A model generated the notes under the pieces. The model did no database searches and was not told where the DNA came from. It saw only the letters and a list, made by a program, of their open reading frames with translations. DNA of 64,000 nucleotides from Hormiphora californensis (taxonomy: Eukaryota > Animalia > Ctenophora), in contig CM035361.1 in NCBI GenBank assembly GCA_020137815.1, positions 2,914,001-2,978,000 of the forward strand, written 5' to 3'. Shown one piece after another: positions 52,501 through 64,000 of this stretch (its first letter is position 1; each line of letters begins with the position of its first letter). Position numbers and translations under genes: made by a program.

Positions 52501-55500
52501 TTTAGGGACTGATTACGTGACAAGACACAGCCCACTGGCAGTTGATCAGAGTAGCATTAACCCTGGCTATCTTCCTAAACAAGGTAAATTATAAATATTA
52601 TAAATAAATAGTAAAGCGTGCTAACCGGTAAACCTCGATTTACCGGACTTAAATTGACATTACAACATGTTTACAGCTATTGACAACAACATGCAACGCT
52701 ACGGGGAAACTTTAAACGGCGATCCCAGTTGGATGCGCTTAGATTACGGTACAGAGGTTGAGTTTCAGTCTACCACTGTCGTATTGCTGAACACTGAGAC
52801 TAACTCGGTTGCAAAACTAGAGTATATATTGTGGATGAATGGTGCAATACCACACATTCTGGATTCGAAGAAGGACAAGGTATGACAAAACATACATTCA
52901 CTATTATACTGCAAAGTGCAGATCTTGGCATTTAGTTCGTTTTAGATTTGATAAATTCGAAGTTGATTAGGATCTAGATTAAACCGAGTTGATCCCGCAG
53001 GTCGGACAGTGTGACACGCTGACAGCTATACCATCTGATTTCTCAACCGTTGAATCACAAACCTACACTCTTCAATGTAACCAGATACGTGGCCAATACA
53101 TACAATGGGAGACCAGCTACAGAGTCCTAATTGTCGAGACCTGGTCTCATACAAAGCTGCTCAACCAGAGTAAGATTTTTAAAATGATCGCCGTCAATTT
53201 CTTGTTCTGCTTAAAACTTAGAGTGGTCATCCGACATAATTGTCACAGCTCGACGAGAAATTCGACCTGAATTACGACCTGGAATACGATGCGCATTCGT
53301 AGTGAGAGAGACATAAAGACTAACGAGAGAGAAGAGTTGAAGCTTACTGCGGCACATCTCTCTGATGCGTGGCGCATTTCTCGTCGGATTTCTCGTCGGA
53401 ATATATGTCGGATGACCACTATGAAAACCAAAAGTGAAACTAATTTTAACACCAATCTCCCAGGTCGAAGTACAGCAGTTGTGAGGCCCTATTCAGCAAC
53501 CATTAGCAGTATATACAGTGGAGGTACCTACCCTGCATACCTGGCAATTGATAACGACAAATCGACATACACTGAGGCGAGCTATTCTGATGACGCCTCT
53601 TGGTTGGAGCTACAATTCTCAGAGTCAATTGATCTAACCGTTCAATCGATATCCCTAGTGAGTTACTTAGTGTCTGTAGATGGCTTATTCATCGCTCCCT
53701 ACATCTGTCTGACGCTACTATTTTGTTCCGTTCGTATAGGTACGTGTCAGCCGACTCAACTAATCAAACTTCCCATTAGGTGCTGTTTAATACTGAAATG
53801 CAAGAAATACTGGACATCAATACTCAGCTTGTTGCTGATATTGGAAAACTGATGACAGATGCCAGGATATATTTGGTGAACACGGAGGGGACAAAATATC
53901 AGTGCGGTACTGTAAAACTGAGGTAAGATACAAAACTGAGGTAAGATACAAAATATGTAAAGGAGGGTTAGAACATAACAAGCTAGACCCACTATAATAA
54001 ACAGGAACCGACCGAATCAGGAAATACTGGTCCCTGATTGGCTGATAACCAGTCACGTGACCTAAATAGCAAGCTCTGATTGGTTGTTTACTTGGTTCGG
54101 TCGGTTCCTGATAATAAACATTAATTCTGATGCTTGACTGCCAAGGCTTCATCATAACGATTAATATACAGGACTGAAGACCTGACTGCGGCGGGTCAAA
54201 CCTACACATTTCCCTGTAATGGTAGACAAGGAACTACAATTCGAGTGGAGGGAAAAACGGGAACAGAGGTTTGGAGCGATCAGGGAGCAAGAAGTTGTCA
54301 TGTGTTAGTAGCTGAGGCTTGGGTGACTGTAACACATTCAATATCAGGTATTGTGTAGTGACAATTATACAGCAACTGACTACACTGACCTTACACCCTG
54401 TTCATTTTCATTTTCACCCGCCATGTCCTTTTTTTATTTTCAAAACTCAGATATGTTAGGGTCCACCCACCCCAACCAGTAATAATATCAGGAACCGACC
54501 GAAACAAGTAAACAACCAATCACATCTCGTTATTTAGGTCACGTGACTGGTTATCAGCCAATCAGGGACCAGTATTTCCTGATTCGGTCGGTTCCTGAAC
54601 AATAAATTGACCACCCACCCCACCCAGTAAAAATATCTCACCATTTAAAGTATACTTCCGGGCCAGTCCAAAGTCCGCCAGAAAGACGCGTTTTCCATCC
54701 AGTAGGATGTTGGCACTTTTGACGTCTGCATGCACGTACTCGTGATTGTGAAGGAATTCAAGTGCTTCTAACATCCTGAGGAGGGGAGATAGAGAGGGTT
54801 TTAGAGGGTTTTGAAAAATCATGAGGGAAGGCGAAATCAGGCACTTTTCAGAGTAGAGTCAAAGTTCGTCCAGGGATGCAGATTATTTGGTATTTATTAT
54901 TTAACAATATCCTTATCATTATTGTGGGTTCTGACTTAAGTGATGGTTTAAGTCTACAACGCAGTGCAGAACATACCGTAGAGTTAGTAGAAGTGTGGTC
55001 TGGGGGCTGAACTGTCGATCCTGTTCCTCGAACCGTTTCAGGAGATCACCCTCCGTGTAGAACGGTATCACCAGGTACCTTTTGGAATTTGGGATCAATG
55101 CAAGGTATATGTGGTACTTTTTTTTTATCAGGTACCTTTTGGAGAAGGAGTCCTGTTTATTAGTGGTTTACATTAAAAGGTACTGTACCAGGAACCGACC
55201 GAAACAAGTAAACAACCAGTCAGAACTCGTTATTTAGGTCACGTGACTGGTTATCAGCCAATCAGGAACCAGTATTTCCTGATTCGGTCGGTTCCTGTAC
55301 CTATAACCTAAGGTACCTTTGTGAATAAGGTATCAATACGAGGAATAGTTTAATTGAAATTTTATCTCCTCCCAAATATAGTTTTCTACAATTACTGATG
55401 ATAAACAAATTTTGTGAAACAATTGTTCTCCCTTTTTGAAAACTTGTTCTTTCTCTTTTTTTCCTCTACAATAATTACCTGTACTTCACGCCACCCTGCT

Positions 55501-58447
55501 CATGGATCCCAAACCCGGACATGGTGGGGATGCCCAAATATGGCAATTTACGATCTTTCTCCCACCTAGCGACCACATCTGTTTTGCCTACCCTCTGATA
55601 AAAGTGCATCTCACTGAACAAGGGACCGTTATCTTGGGGCTCCTGTGGGGAAAACAATTTAGGGCTTCCGGGAGGGGGGCAACAAGGAATTACAATGTGG
55701 TTATTTCGGAAACAACAAGCAACATCTCTCGAATCTACTACATGTTCCTCTGTCTCCTATTATAGTAGGAACCCCAAAAGAATTCTGTAGGAACCGACCG
55801 AAACAAGTAAACAACCAATCAGAATCAGCCAATCAGGGACCAGTATTTCATGATTCGGTCGGTTCCTGGAATTCTGGCTGACCTAGGACGGGACTCAGTA
55901 ATAGTATCAACAAATTAGAGTTAAACCACACTTACCACTTTCATGACAGATTTAGTTTTCTTTGTATCCATTGCTACGTAAATGTAACCAAAGCCACCTG
56001 TACCAAGCAACTTCTCTAGTGTGAATCTGTAAAGGTTTATTATTCAAACCCTTGTGTGAGGGGGAGGCAATGGTTTAGCAGGAACCGACCGAATCAGGAA
56101 ATACTGGTCCCTGGTTGGCTGATAATCAGTCACGTGACCTAAATAAGTTCTGATTGGTTTTTTTAATTGTGTCGGTCGGTTCCTGTGGTTTAGAGGGTAT
56201 TCAGGAAGAGTCAACGTGAGAGGGATGGAGAGTTAGGTGTGAAGTTAACACACTGTGAACCTGCGTACTAACTTCTTAGAGAAAAAATTAATAACACAGT
56301 GACATGTAACGTACGATGTTTTCTGTGTAGGATTGACGATGGCTGTATTTAGGGGAAGTGGTGGTTTTAGCCCTGCCTTGGTCGCCATTTTACCTCCCTT
56401 TTTTCCAACAGCCTTCTTTGCCTGTAAAATTTGGGAAGTCAGAAGATGAGGTGGGTTTGGGGGACGGCAGGTAACTAATATGTTGCGAAGATTTACTAAA
56501 TCTGGGCCATCCCGATACCGAGCATGCCACTTAGATCTAAGATTCATCATAAGATTCATCATATAAGAGACATACGCTAAGACTAAGAGCACTAAGAATA
56601 TTCATAAAATGAACATGGTCCCGGTATCAGATAATATCTACAGGGAGATTTTCACCTTGGGAGCAGGAGCTGGGGGAGGAGGAGGGTCTGCAACTTTTTT
56701 AGATGGTTTCCTTTTTGCAGCTGGAGATCGTTTTCTTCTCTTATCACTTGGTTTTGTATCTTCTCTGTGGAATAAAATTGTTATGAGAGCTATAGAAACA
56801 AGTAAACAACCAATCAGAACTCGTTATTTAGGTCACGTGACTGGTTATCAGCCAATCAGGGACCAGTATTTCCTAATTCGGTCGGTTCCTGATAATGAGC
56901 TATAGAAAACAATTCAGAAACTATCGGCATGAATTGGTTCGGGCAATATACTTGATCAAGTATGTACATTGTACACTATGCAATGCACTTTCTTTATCAT
57001 TGTGTCACAATGACTGTGACATGGATTCAAGTTTTTCAAACCTACGTTGTATCATCCTCATCCTCATCCTTCTTTACCACCGTCTTCTTCTTGACTGTAG
57101 TAGTTCTTTTCCGTTTTTCAGGCTGCGGGGAGGTAACGAGGTTTTCACGACTTGAGAGTACAGTACTGTGGGCTGTGTGCTGAAATGAAATTCAGTACCA
57201 GAATTTTAAATGGGTTATGAAATGTGGTTTATAGATAGAAAACCAAACCAAGCAAAACAAAACCTAAACATACCAAACCAAATCCAAACCAAACCAAACC
57301 AAACCAAACCAACTCCAAACAAAACCTAAACAAAACCAACTGAAACCAAACCAAAACCAACTCAAACCAAAACCAACTCAAACCAAACTCCCCCCAAAAA
57401 ACAATACCTTTTTTGATGGCATGGGAAGGAGCTCCGGTTCGCTATCATCACTGGATAACACTATCTTCTGTTGTACAACCCGTGGAGACTTCCTTCTGGG
57501 GGCAACTACTGACTGGTTTACCACTTCTGGAAGGAAAGGGGGTGAGGTAACAAATTAACCAGGAACCGACCGAATCAGGAAATAGTGAGTTGCTTGTTGG
57601 CTGATAACCAGTCACGTGACATAAATAACGAGTTCTGATTGGTTGTTCACTTGTTTCGGTCGGTTCCTGAAACTAACAACGTGCGGAATTCTGGGAGGAT
57701 AGTGAGTTTCTAGAACATGTGTTTCGGCCGCCCGAACAAATGTAAAGGGAGGGTTACTGGGTTAGAACATAACAAGGAGGATAGTGCAGTGAGTTGCTTG
57801 TTGGTTTCATCAAGACTCACTTATTGATAACTTGAACACTAATACGAACCACCGGCACATTATAAAATAATTATCCCAATTAATTAGCTAATTAATTATA
57901 TCAATACGAAGATAATGAAAAGCGAAACTACGAAACGGAAAACAGCAACATGATTCCTGTAATGACAGTGAAATGACAATCATTTACCCCATGTGCACAT
58001 CCGACATCCGTTTCACCACATGACTAGTACGATCTACTTTTACTCCATTTTATGATAGACAGAAATTAACCAAACTAAGTTGCCTAATTCCAAATCAAAT
58101 CATTTAATCATTTAATTAATTAAATGAATCAAGTTTAAATGTTTTACCTGGTGTTGCTTTGGGGGCTGGTGTTTTAGAAACTGGTTCTTTGGGAGTTTTT
58201 TGTGGCGGAATTTTCCTTTTTGACGCTCTTTTTGGTTTCTGAAAATAAAAAATGAAGATGAGATCACCAGGGGATCATCATTAGCTAATGGGTTTCAGAC
58301 ACCAAGTAATTACAATTAATAAGCAAATATGCAATTAATTAACTCCCAATTAAGTACTGTTACCTCATTTTGCTTAGCGAGTAATTCCATTAATCGGTGT
58401 TTCTCGGATTTCGGTGACCACACATCTCGGGGAATTGCTGCTGACAT
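44485..58447 (-). CDS. VRK1: VRK-family (vaccinia-related, CK1 group) Ser/Thr kinase with a long K/P/S-rich N-terminus; subdomain VIII-X exons not found
   Basis: 5' exons 58447-54642: LGTGGFGYIY, VMKV-EPQDNGPLFSEMHFYQR, LPYLGIP, YRYLVIP, LEFLHNHEYVHADVKSANILL, LADFGLARKY. Last two exons left of the gap: 44823-44753 (YEKDCKKLMK) and 44612-44485 (LSYDTKPPYSALYKTLRDGL). Confidence 0.85.
44921..45020. other. Assembly gap (100 N)
   Basis: Run of n. Confidence 1.
45342..45946. mobile_element. hAT-type MITE with 8-bp TSD
   Basis: acttgtcc|caggggcggctc ... gagccgcccctg|acttgtcc; empty site at ~32943-32950. Confidence 0.9.
46612..46750. repeat. 47-bp tandem repeat x3
   Basis: tccttgacaagttttttatcgagaaaaacgtattgagaaaaacggta. 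Confidence 0.9.
46926..47073. repeat. ~148-bp near-perfect hairpin (MITE-like)
   Basis: gaggcccctcggaaatgttcaagtcatgcac... / ...gtgcatgacttgaacatttccgaggggcctc. Confidence 0.85.
48245..49540. repeat. Degenerate (CT)n - (AT)n - (GA)n low-complexity block
   Basis: Visible composition; source of the spurious SLSL/ERER ORFs. Confidence 0.9.
50590..50894. repeat. ~305-bp palindrome (MITE-like)
   Basis: ttttggtcataactctgccatttcttggc... / ...gccaagaaatggcagagttatgaccaaaa. Confidence 0.85.
51547..54358 (+). CDS. Secreted protein with two F-type lectin/discoidin (F5/8C)-like repeats
   Basis: In-phase exons 51547-51610 (signal MRLIIWYLLSLVVNL), 52506-52583, 52678-52879, 53001-53170, 53464-53657, 53780-53921, 54172-54358. 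Repeated S..Y...AIDN...T....SW..L, C..L.....QTYT..C...G..I, L..E.W pattern. Confidence 0.75.
54002..54110. mobile_element. MITE family A copy, TSD ataataaa
   Basis: Perfect 8-bp TSD. Confidence 0.92.
54489..54597. mobile_element. MITE family A copy
   Basis: Both TIRs. Confidence 0.9.
55189..55297. mobile_element. MITE family A copy
   Basis: Both TIRs. Confidence 0.9.
55788..55868. mobile_element. MITE family A copy with E-box deleted, TSD gaattctg
   Basis: Perfect 8-bp TSD; internal deletion. Confidence 0.9.
56079..56185. mobile_element. MITE family A copy, TSD tggtttag
   Basis: Perfect 8-bp TSD. Confidence 0.92.
56795..56891. mobile_element. MITE family A copy, left-truncated
   Basis: Family match; gagctatagaaa occurs on both sides. 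Confidence 0.8.
57560..57669. mobile_element. MITE family A copy, TSD aaattaac/aaactaac
   Basis: Both TIRs; TSD with one mismatch. Confidence 0.88.
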
Positions 58448-58778
58448 GATCTCTAAAAACTAGTAATTAATTAATTAATTAGTTGCTAAATCAATGCACA
58501 TCTTGTCTGAATATATTGGATATTGAGGAAAAGGAAACTCGATATATTTAAGTAAGATATAATAAACAAATCGATAAATAAACTGAGGAGGAGACACACA
58601 AAACACACACAAATCATTTCCTCTGATATAATATATCTTGAATCGTGATGGGGGAGTACGAAAACTTTTTCGTAAACATAACAGCAATGTAGTCCAACAT
58701 GAATTTATGAACTATTTGGGTCGGAATCCCAAAACAATCCAACTCATATATGGGATATTAGGAAGGGGGTTCCATTGT

Positions 58779-61700
58779 TCACTTCTTCTTGGACTTGCTC
58801 CGCCTGATACCTGGAATTAAGGTTGATTTTAGCAGGTCTCAGACGGTCTTAGACTGTGTGTCAGTCAGTCTGTAAGTACCTGTAAGTCTGTCTGTAAGTA
58901 CCTGTCAGCCTGTAAGTCTGTCTGTAAGTACCTCCACGATGGACATCATCAATGTACTCCATCCCGTCAGTTGATCCCACACTCTCCCCACCAGCACCCC
59001 TGTTAACTACACTGTGATACACCTATTGGAAGTTGAGGTGTATAATAGTACAGGGTGTCCCACTGTCTTTTCGTGACCTGCGATTTTGGGTCATGACCGG
59101 GCTCCATTAAATTAACCAAAACTCATCGAAAAATAGGTCAAAACCAGTGTTCTAGAGAATTTTACAACTTTGCTGAGGTTGGTGTTAGTAGTTTTTCAGT
59201 TGGCGTTTATTGAATGAAACATTAAATTTTATCTTTTAATGATTAAAAGATACAATTTGTACATATTGTGTCCTTGCAAACCGAGGACAGCAGTAGGATG
59301 ACCGGTTCAAGTTCTCTGATGGCAGGTTACCTGTGTAAAGACGGGTACCAGGGTAGCATGGTTGGCTGCCAGTACCATTGATAACACAATGATCGTCAGA
59401 GCTGTGAAACTGGCACGAGTAGCTGATAGGGGATAGAGTTTATTATTAAAACTGGTAGCTGTGGGGGGGTAGAGATTATTATTAAAACTGGTAGCTGTGG
59501 CGGGGGGGGGGATAGAGTTTATTATTAGAACTGGTAGCTCTGTGGGGGGGGGGGGGGTAGACGTCAGTGATTGTGTATAAAAACCTCCCGGTAAACAGAG
59601 GTTCTGGTGAATCAGGGGCGCCGTAAATAGGGGCCATACTGCAGTATTAGAACCAACCCTATATTTGATCTCATATTTCCCTGACCTTGTTCCTGGTGGA
59701 CTGATTTCCGGATGGGAAGGAAAGCAAGGTTGACATGCTGGAAGGGCCCCTCAGACTTCAGCTTAATATCCGGAATAGTAAACTGTAAAAAGAGAAGTTG
59801 TTAGGAGATTATATTATTTGTTATCAGGAACCGACCGAATCAGGAAATACTGGTCCCTGATTGGCTGATAACCAGTCACGTGACCTAAATAACGAGTTCT
59901 GATTGGTTGTTTATATTACTTGTTTCGGTCGGTTCCTATTTGTTATATATGAACAAAAGAAGCCCTTCTATTGGTATCTCACAGATTTGAATTGTTGAGT
60001 AAGGGGAAACTCAACAAGATTCGAAGGCTATTATATCAGAGTGATTAGAGCTGGACCCAAAGCTCCTATCTCACTTACATTATACATGGATTGAGACAAA
60101 CTAGACTCAATTTTAACATTGTATGAACTAGAAAGAGTCATCTCGGGGAAAACGAAGATCCTGCTCTCATGTAGTTGGGTGCTATGGACCTGTTTTCCTC
60201 CCGCCTTACCCTTGTCTTCTATCAAATGAACCTGGAAATGGGTTAGTATTAAACACAACAACCACTTCTACAAGGTCTTGTAACCACCCGGGGCGGAAAT
60301 TGTGCGATAGCTCACACAGCATTCTATTTCATAAAATGACGTCACTCTGTGATGGTCCGGTAGATCGGGGCGGAAGTTGCGGGGATCTGCTGCAGTTTGC
60401 CACCCTGTCCCAAGACGGAAAATCGGCGCGCGGGACTGATGCTAAGCGCGCGTGGCGCCATCATACAATGCCAAAACACACAAATGGAACATCGCGCGCT
60501 ACGTTGATGCAGTAATGGAAAGTGTGACGGATAGTGTGCCACAAGGGTAAAACGGAACAAAACACACGATTTATTTATATGTTTTGTGTAACGCTATAGA
60601 AATGAATTTAGTTGGGCGGGACAGAAAACACTCATTTTTATGTATCAACAGTACAAGCGTTTACTGTTTATTAAATTTTGAGGGTTCGGCCAATATCGGC
60701 CTCGAATCCAAATTTTGAAATTTTTCTGAAATTTTCAGTACCTTGGTAGATCCAACATACTCGGAAGAGATCTCAACATATCCAGTTATATCAAAGGTTG
60801 TTGGTTCTTGGAACACTACAAAGTTAACACCTGATTTGTCTTCTTCCCCAACCTAGCAAGGGGATGGATTATGAGATATAGGAGCAAATCTACTTGGTGG
60901 TTTTCTAACAAAGCAGAAAAACAGATGCAATTATTTGAGTCAAGTAGTAAGTACTCTCAACTAGTATAGACTAGAGTAATAACACTTCAATGAGTTGAAT
61001 AAAACCTTAATTATTTGAGTTGCCAAGTTAAGCTACTGTAATTACCTCAATAAGTTGAGAGGAGGGTGAGGCTCGTCTGATCTTGTCACTCTTATCAGCC
61101 CTCACGTGGAAGGTGAGGGGACATTTAGGGGTGAGACCTCTAATCCTGTAACTTCCATCTTCCTCTGTCGTTCCCTCTTCCTGTTGTTTGAGAGAGGAAT
61201 TACACTCATTTTACACTCATTTTACACTCTACACTCATGTTTTATACTTGAAGTAAAATTGTCTAATATTTCCTCCCAAAAAAGTCAGTTGGTTTTTGAT
61301 AAATCTGTGAGATTTCCGAACCTGAAGTGCACACTCTCCAGCCCCAACTGCTTCCACGACAATTCCCGGCTGAGGTTTTCCGTTGAGTGAGGTCACCTTT
61401 CCATAACCACTGAGAGGGATAGTGAAATTGTGAAACTCGTGTCTTACTTCACCAACTAGATATATCGCATTTAATTGAAAGGAGCGATTAAAATTATGAA
61501 TCAAGGTGAGAGATTGATTTTAATTGGTCGAGTATTTCGTACACCAATGAAATTGGAAGGAGCGATTAAAATGATGAATCTTCAAGATTAAGACAAAGTG
61601 ATCATACTCGACCAATGAAAATCACTCATACATCCAAAGAGTTTGCGAGCACTACAGACCTGTAATTAACTAATTGACAAACCTGTAAGCAACACGCGTG

Positions 61701-63988
61701 GCAGAGAACGTAACATCTACCTCCAGTCCCTCAGCTACAGTTAGCATTTTAGATGCCGGTGTGAAACTGTACTCCTTCATTAACGGTCTGGGGGAAAAAT
61801 TCGACAATTAGTTAATTAAAAGCGGAATTTATAATTATCGGCCAAAGTAGTAACCAAAATATGTAACCTTAAAATCAGTAACTCAAACAAGTTACCAAAA
61901 TTAGTAACCGAAACAATTAACACTAAATAGATACCAAAACAAGTAACCAAAATTAGTAACCAAAACAAGTATCCAAACTAGTTACCGAAACCAGTACAAA
62001 CACTACCAAGTTACCAAACCCCCTCTTCCCACCTGATAAAATAGTCACCAGGAACAAGGCCAGTCAGTACAAGTGGCTCAGAATCCAGCTGGACATTCTT
62101 CCTGTAACCCCTAGATCCAGATACAGAAACTAGAACACCGACCAGAGGCGCATCACCTGTGGAAAATATAATAGTTATTCTGGTGTGTATTACCTCTTTT
62201 TAGTACTTAGTATAAGTATAGTTGTGCGGTTGTGTGCGGGCTGGGGTGATGTAAGAGGATAAATGGGTGAGAAAAGAGGAAAAAGAAGAGTTTTGTAAGT
62301 TCACAAAGGGGGCCCCGACATTAGACTTAGCTTCAGCCGCGGAGAGGTCGCAAGAAAAAAGTTAAGTGTTTACCCAGTTGGACGGTTGTGGTAAGTTTGC
62401 TGAGTTTAAGAGCGGTGAAGTCGTAGTTTTCACCACGTGTTAACTCAAAACCTGCTTTTTCTGCCGATACCTGGAAGTAGAAATTGAGATGTAAAGGGTA
62501 GAATAGAGATGGACAGAGATGGACAGAGAGTGAGAGAGAGAGTGAGAGTGAGAGAGAGCGAGAGAGTGAGAGAGGGGTAGATCGATCAATATTTTATTGA
62601 ACGGAGTCCACGTGGCCCATGAAAGTTTCTATCAGAGCTCTTGTCTCCTATCGTTTTAAAGGATCTAAGGCAAACCGATTAGGCAGTCTTCAACCCACGC
62701 TACAACTGATCTGATCAATGATCACCGATTAGAGCTTCGCTGAAGTGATCGAAGAAAGAAAGAGAGTTAGATATATAATAGTTAGAGAAAGAGTCAGAGA
62801 CAGAGAGTGAGAGAAAGAGAGAGAGCAGGAAACAGATCATTCTGAACTGTTTAGGCAACATTTTCACAACAGACTGGCACTTCAACTTGAACCGTGCTAC
62901 GACATGTTTTACCTGTTGCTATGTTTCTTTAGTATTTCACTTGCTGACCAAGATTGGATTGTAGTAACGAAAAGTTCAAATATCCCATGTGACCTTGAAA
63001 AGTCACCTCTTGAGATAAAAACTAAAAGTGCCCTTGATCATGAAGACCAGATTTGGATAGGATTTCTACAAGGAGAGGAGGCATCACAAGGATCTCTAGA
63101 AATCACCTTTTCGTCGCCAATGAAGTACCGGATTGGGGGATGTATGTCAACTGATGAGGAAGAGTTTCCATCCATACCAACCGAGGAAGAGAACGCTGAG
63201 GAAAGGAGCTTTGTGGAAAGGAACACCGCGGAAGAGAACACCCAGGAAAAGAGCTTTGGGGAAAAGAGCACTGAGTCAACCAAAGAAGCCGAAGAGTGGA
63301 TGGTTTCCAAGACCCAGACTAGTCTTATCATCCACCGAAATGGAGTGGAAGTTCTCAATTATATCTTTGCCAACGCAGGGAATAAAAACAGCTGTCTCTC
63401 TATCTTTGAGGGTGACACGGTTGAGGGAATAACATTTAACCCGCTGGACACTGCTTCGGAATTCTACAGAATCAAGATAGCCAAAGAAGTTGTAACGCCA
63501 GGTAACAAAGCCGCAACAGAGAAAAAGATAGAAAAGGACAGAGGGAGAGAGAAAGCTAGAGTTTATCATGAAAAATAAAATTCGAAATAAAATTATACTC
63601 AAAATCTAAGATCCTAACACAGATATAATCTCGTCCCACAAACATCACAAATAGTAGGCTGGAAATTGAACGTATTTGGTGACAAAACAAGCTGATTCGT
63701 AGTATGCACGGTGGCGAGCAAGAGAGCATGATCTTCATACTGCCTGTACAAAGGTTAGTATGGCCGGACTGCTTGGTTATATAGCCCGGCGTTCGACTAT
63801 TACTATTATTACAAAATAGTTATCACAACATCTTACCACATATGTCAGTCCCTCGCTAAGAGGTCCAATATTGTACTGCCCATTTGCATCTGTAATCTGA
63901 GTTAGTTTCAGATCGGGCCGGTCAGGAGATGTGAGGGTAACTAGGACTGTAGAGACGGCGGGAGATATCGTACCCGCAACAAACGTTC
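58779..63988 (-). CDS. NOMO1: Nodal modulator (NOMO), C-terminal part; 5' end lies outside the window
   Basis: Exons give ITDANGQYNIGPL, VSAEKAGFEL, PLVGVLVSVSG, GLVPGDYFIRPLMKEYSFTPASKML, RVAYSGYGKVTSLNGKPQPGIVVEA, EEGTTEEDGSYRIRGL, a TM segment and a basic tail RSKSKKK*. Confidence 0.9.
59825..59938. mobile_element. MITE family A copy, TSD tttgttat
   Basis: Perfect 8-bp TSD; in a NOMO intron. Confidence 0.9.
62904..63578 (+). CDS. Secreted protein of unknown function, nested antisense in the NOMO intron 62473-63838
   Basis: 224-aa ORF, signal MFYLLLCFFSISLA, globular-looking IPCDLEKSPLEIKT...NGVEVLNYIFA...DTASEFYR segment with an acidic repeat insert. Confidence 0.75.
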   Translation: MFYLLLCFFSISLADQDWIVVTKSSNIPCDLEKSPLEIKTKSALDHEDQIWIGFLQGEEASQGSLEITFSSPMKYRIGGCMSTDEEEFPSIPTEEENAEERSFVERNTAEENTQEKSFGEKSTESTKEAEEWMVSKTQTSLIIHRNGVEVLNYIFANAGNKNSCLSIFEGDTVEGITFNPLDTASEFYRIKIAKEVVTPGNKAATEKKIEKDRGREKARVYHEK

Positions 63989-64000
63989 CTGAAGATAAAG

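Noticed and set aside
56609-56905. Recurrent peptide QPIRTRYLGHVTGYQPIRDQYFLIRSVP as a protein motif
   Set aside because: It is the translation of MITE family A, located in introns.
57240-57390. (AAACC)n as a telomeric remnant
   Set aside because: Degenerate and not TTAGGG-type; ordinary intronic simple repeat.

Overview
Eukaryotic (animal) genomic DNA, intron-rich and crowded with non-autonomous DNA transposons, with one 100-N scaffold gap at 44921-45020. A ctenophore-like origin is my inference from the gene families, not a database result. By hand-splicing GT..AG exons I reconstruct nine gene loci: a TenA/THI-4 (thiaminase II-like) gene end with a 1-nt frameshift; an LDLa-repeat rhodopsin-type GPCR (6 exons, ~1121 aa); an NRF-6/OACYL acyltransferase (10154-23158, minus); a Ly6/uPAR-like GPI protein plus a partial tandem copy; a laminin-G/EGF single-pass (neurexin-like) protein; a VRK-family kinase split across the gap; a secreted two-repeat F-type-lectin/discoidin-like gene lying antisense inside the VRK span; the 3' part of NOMO; and a secreted orphan-domain gene nested antisense in a NOMO intron. 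The most striking non-gene patterns are: (i) at least 8 local tandem duplications centred on splice sites, including a 17-donor in-frame array; (ii) a 109-bp hAT-type MITE carrying a CCAAT/E-box/CCAAT module, whose 15 copies all lie in introns; (iii) an AG acceptor just upstream of every start codon, suggestive of SL trans-splicing; (iv) many long fold-back elements inside pre-mRNAs; (v) duplicated coding segments differing almost only at synonymous sites.
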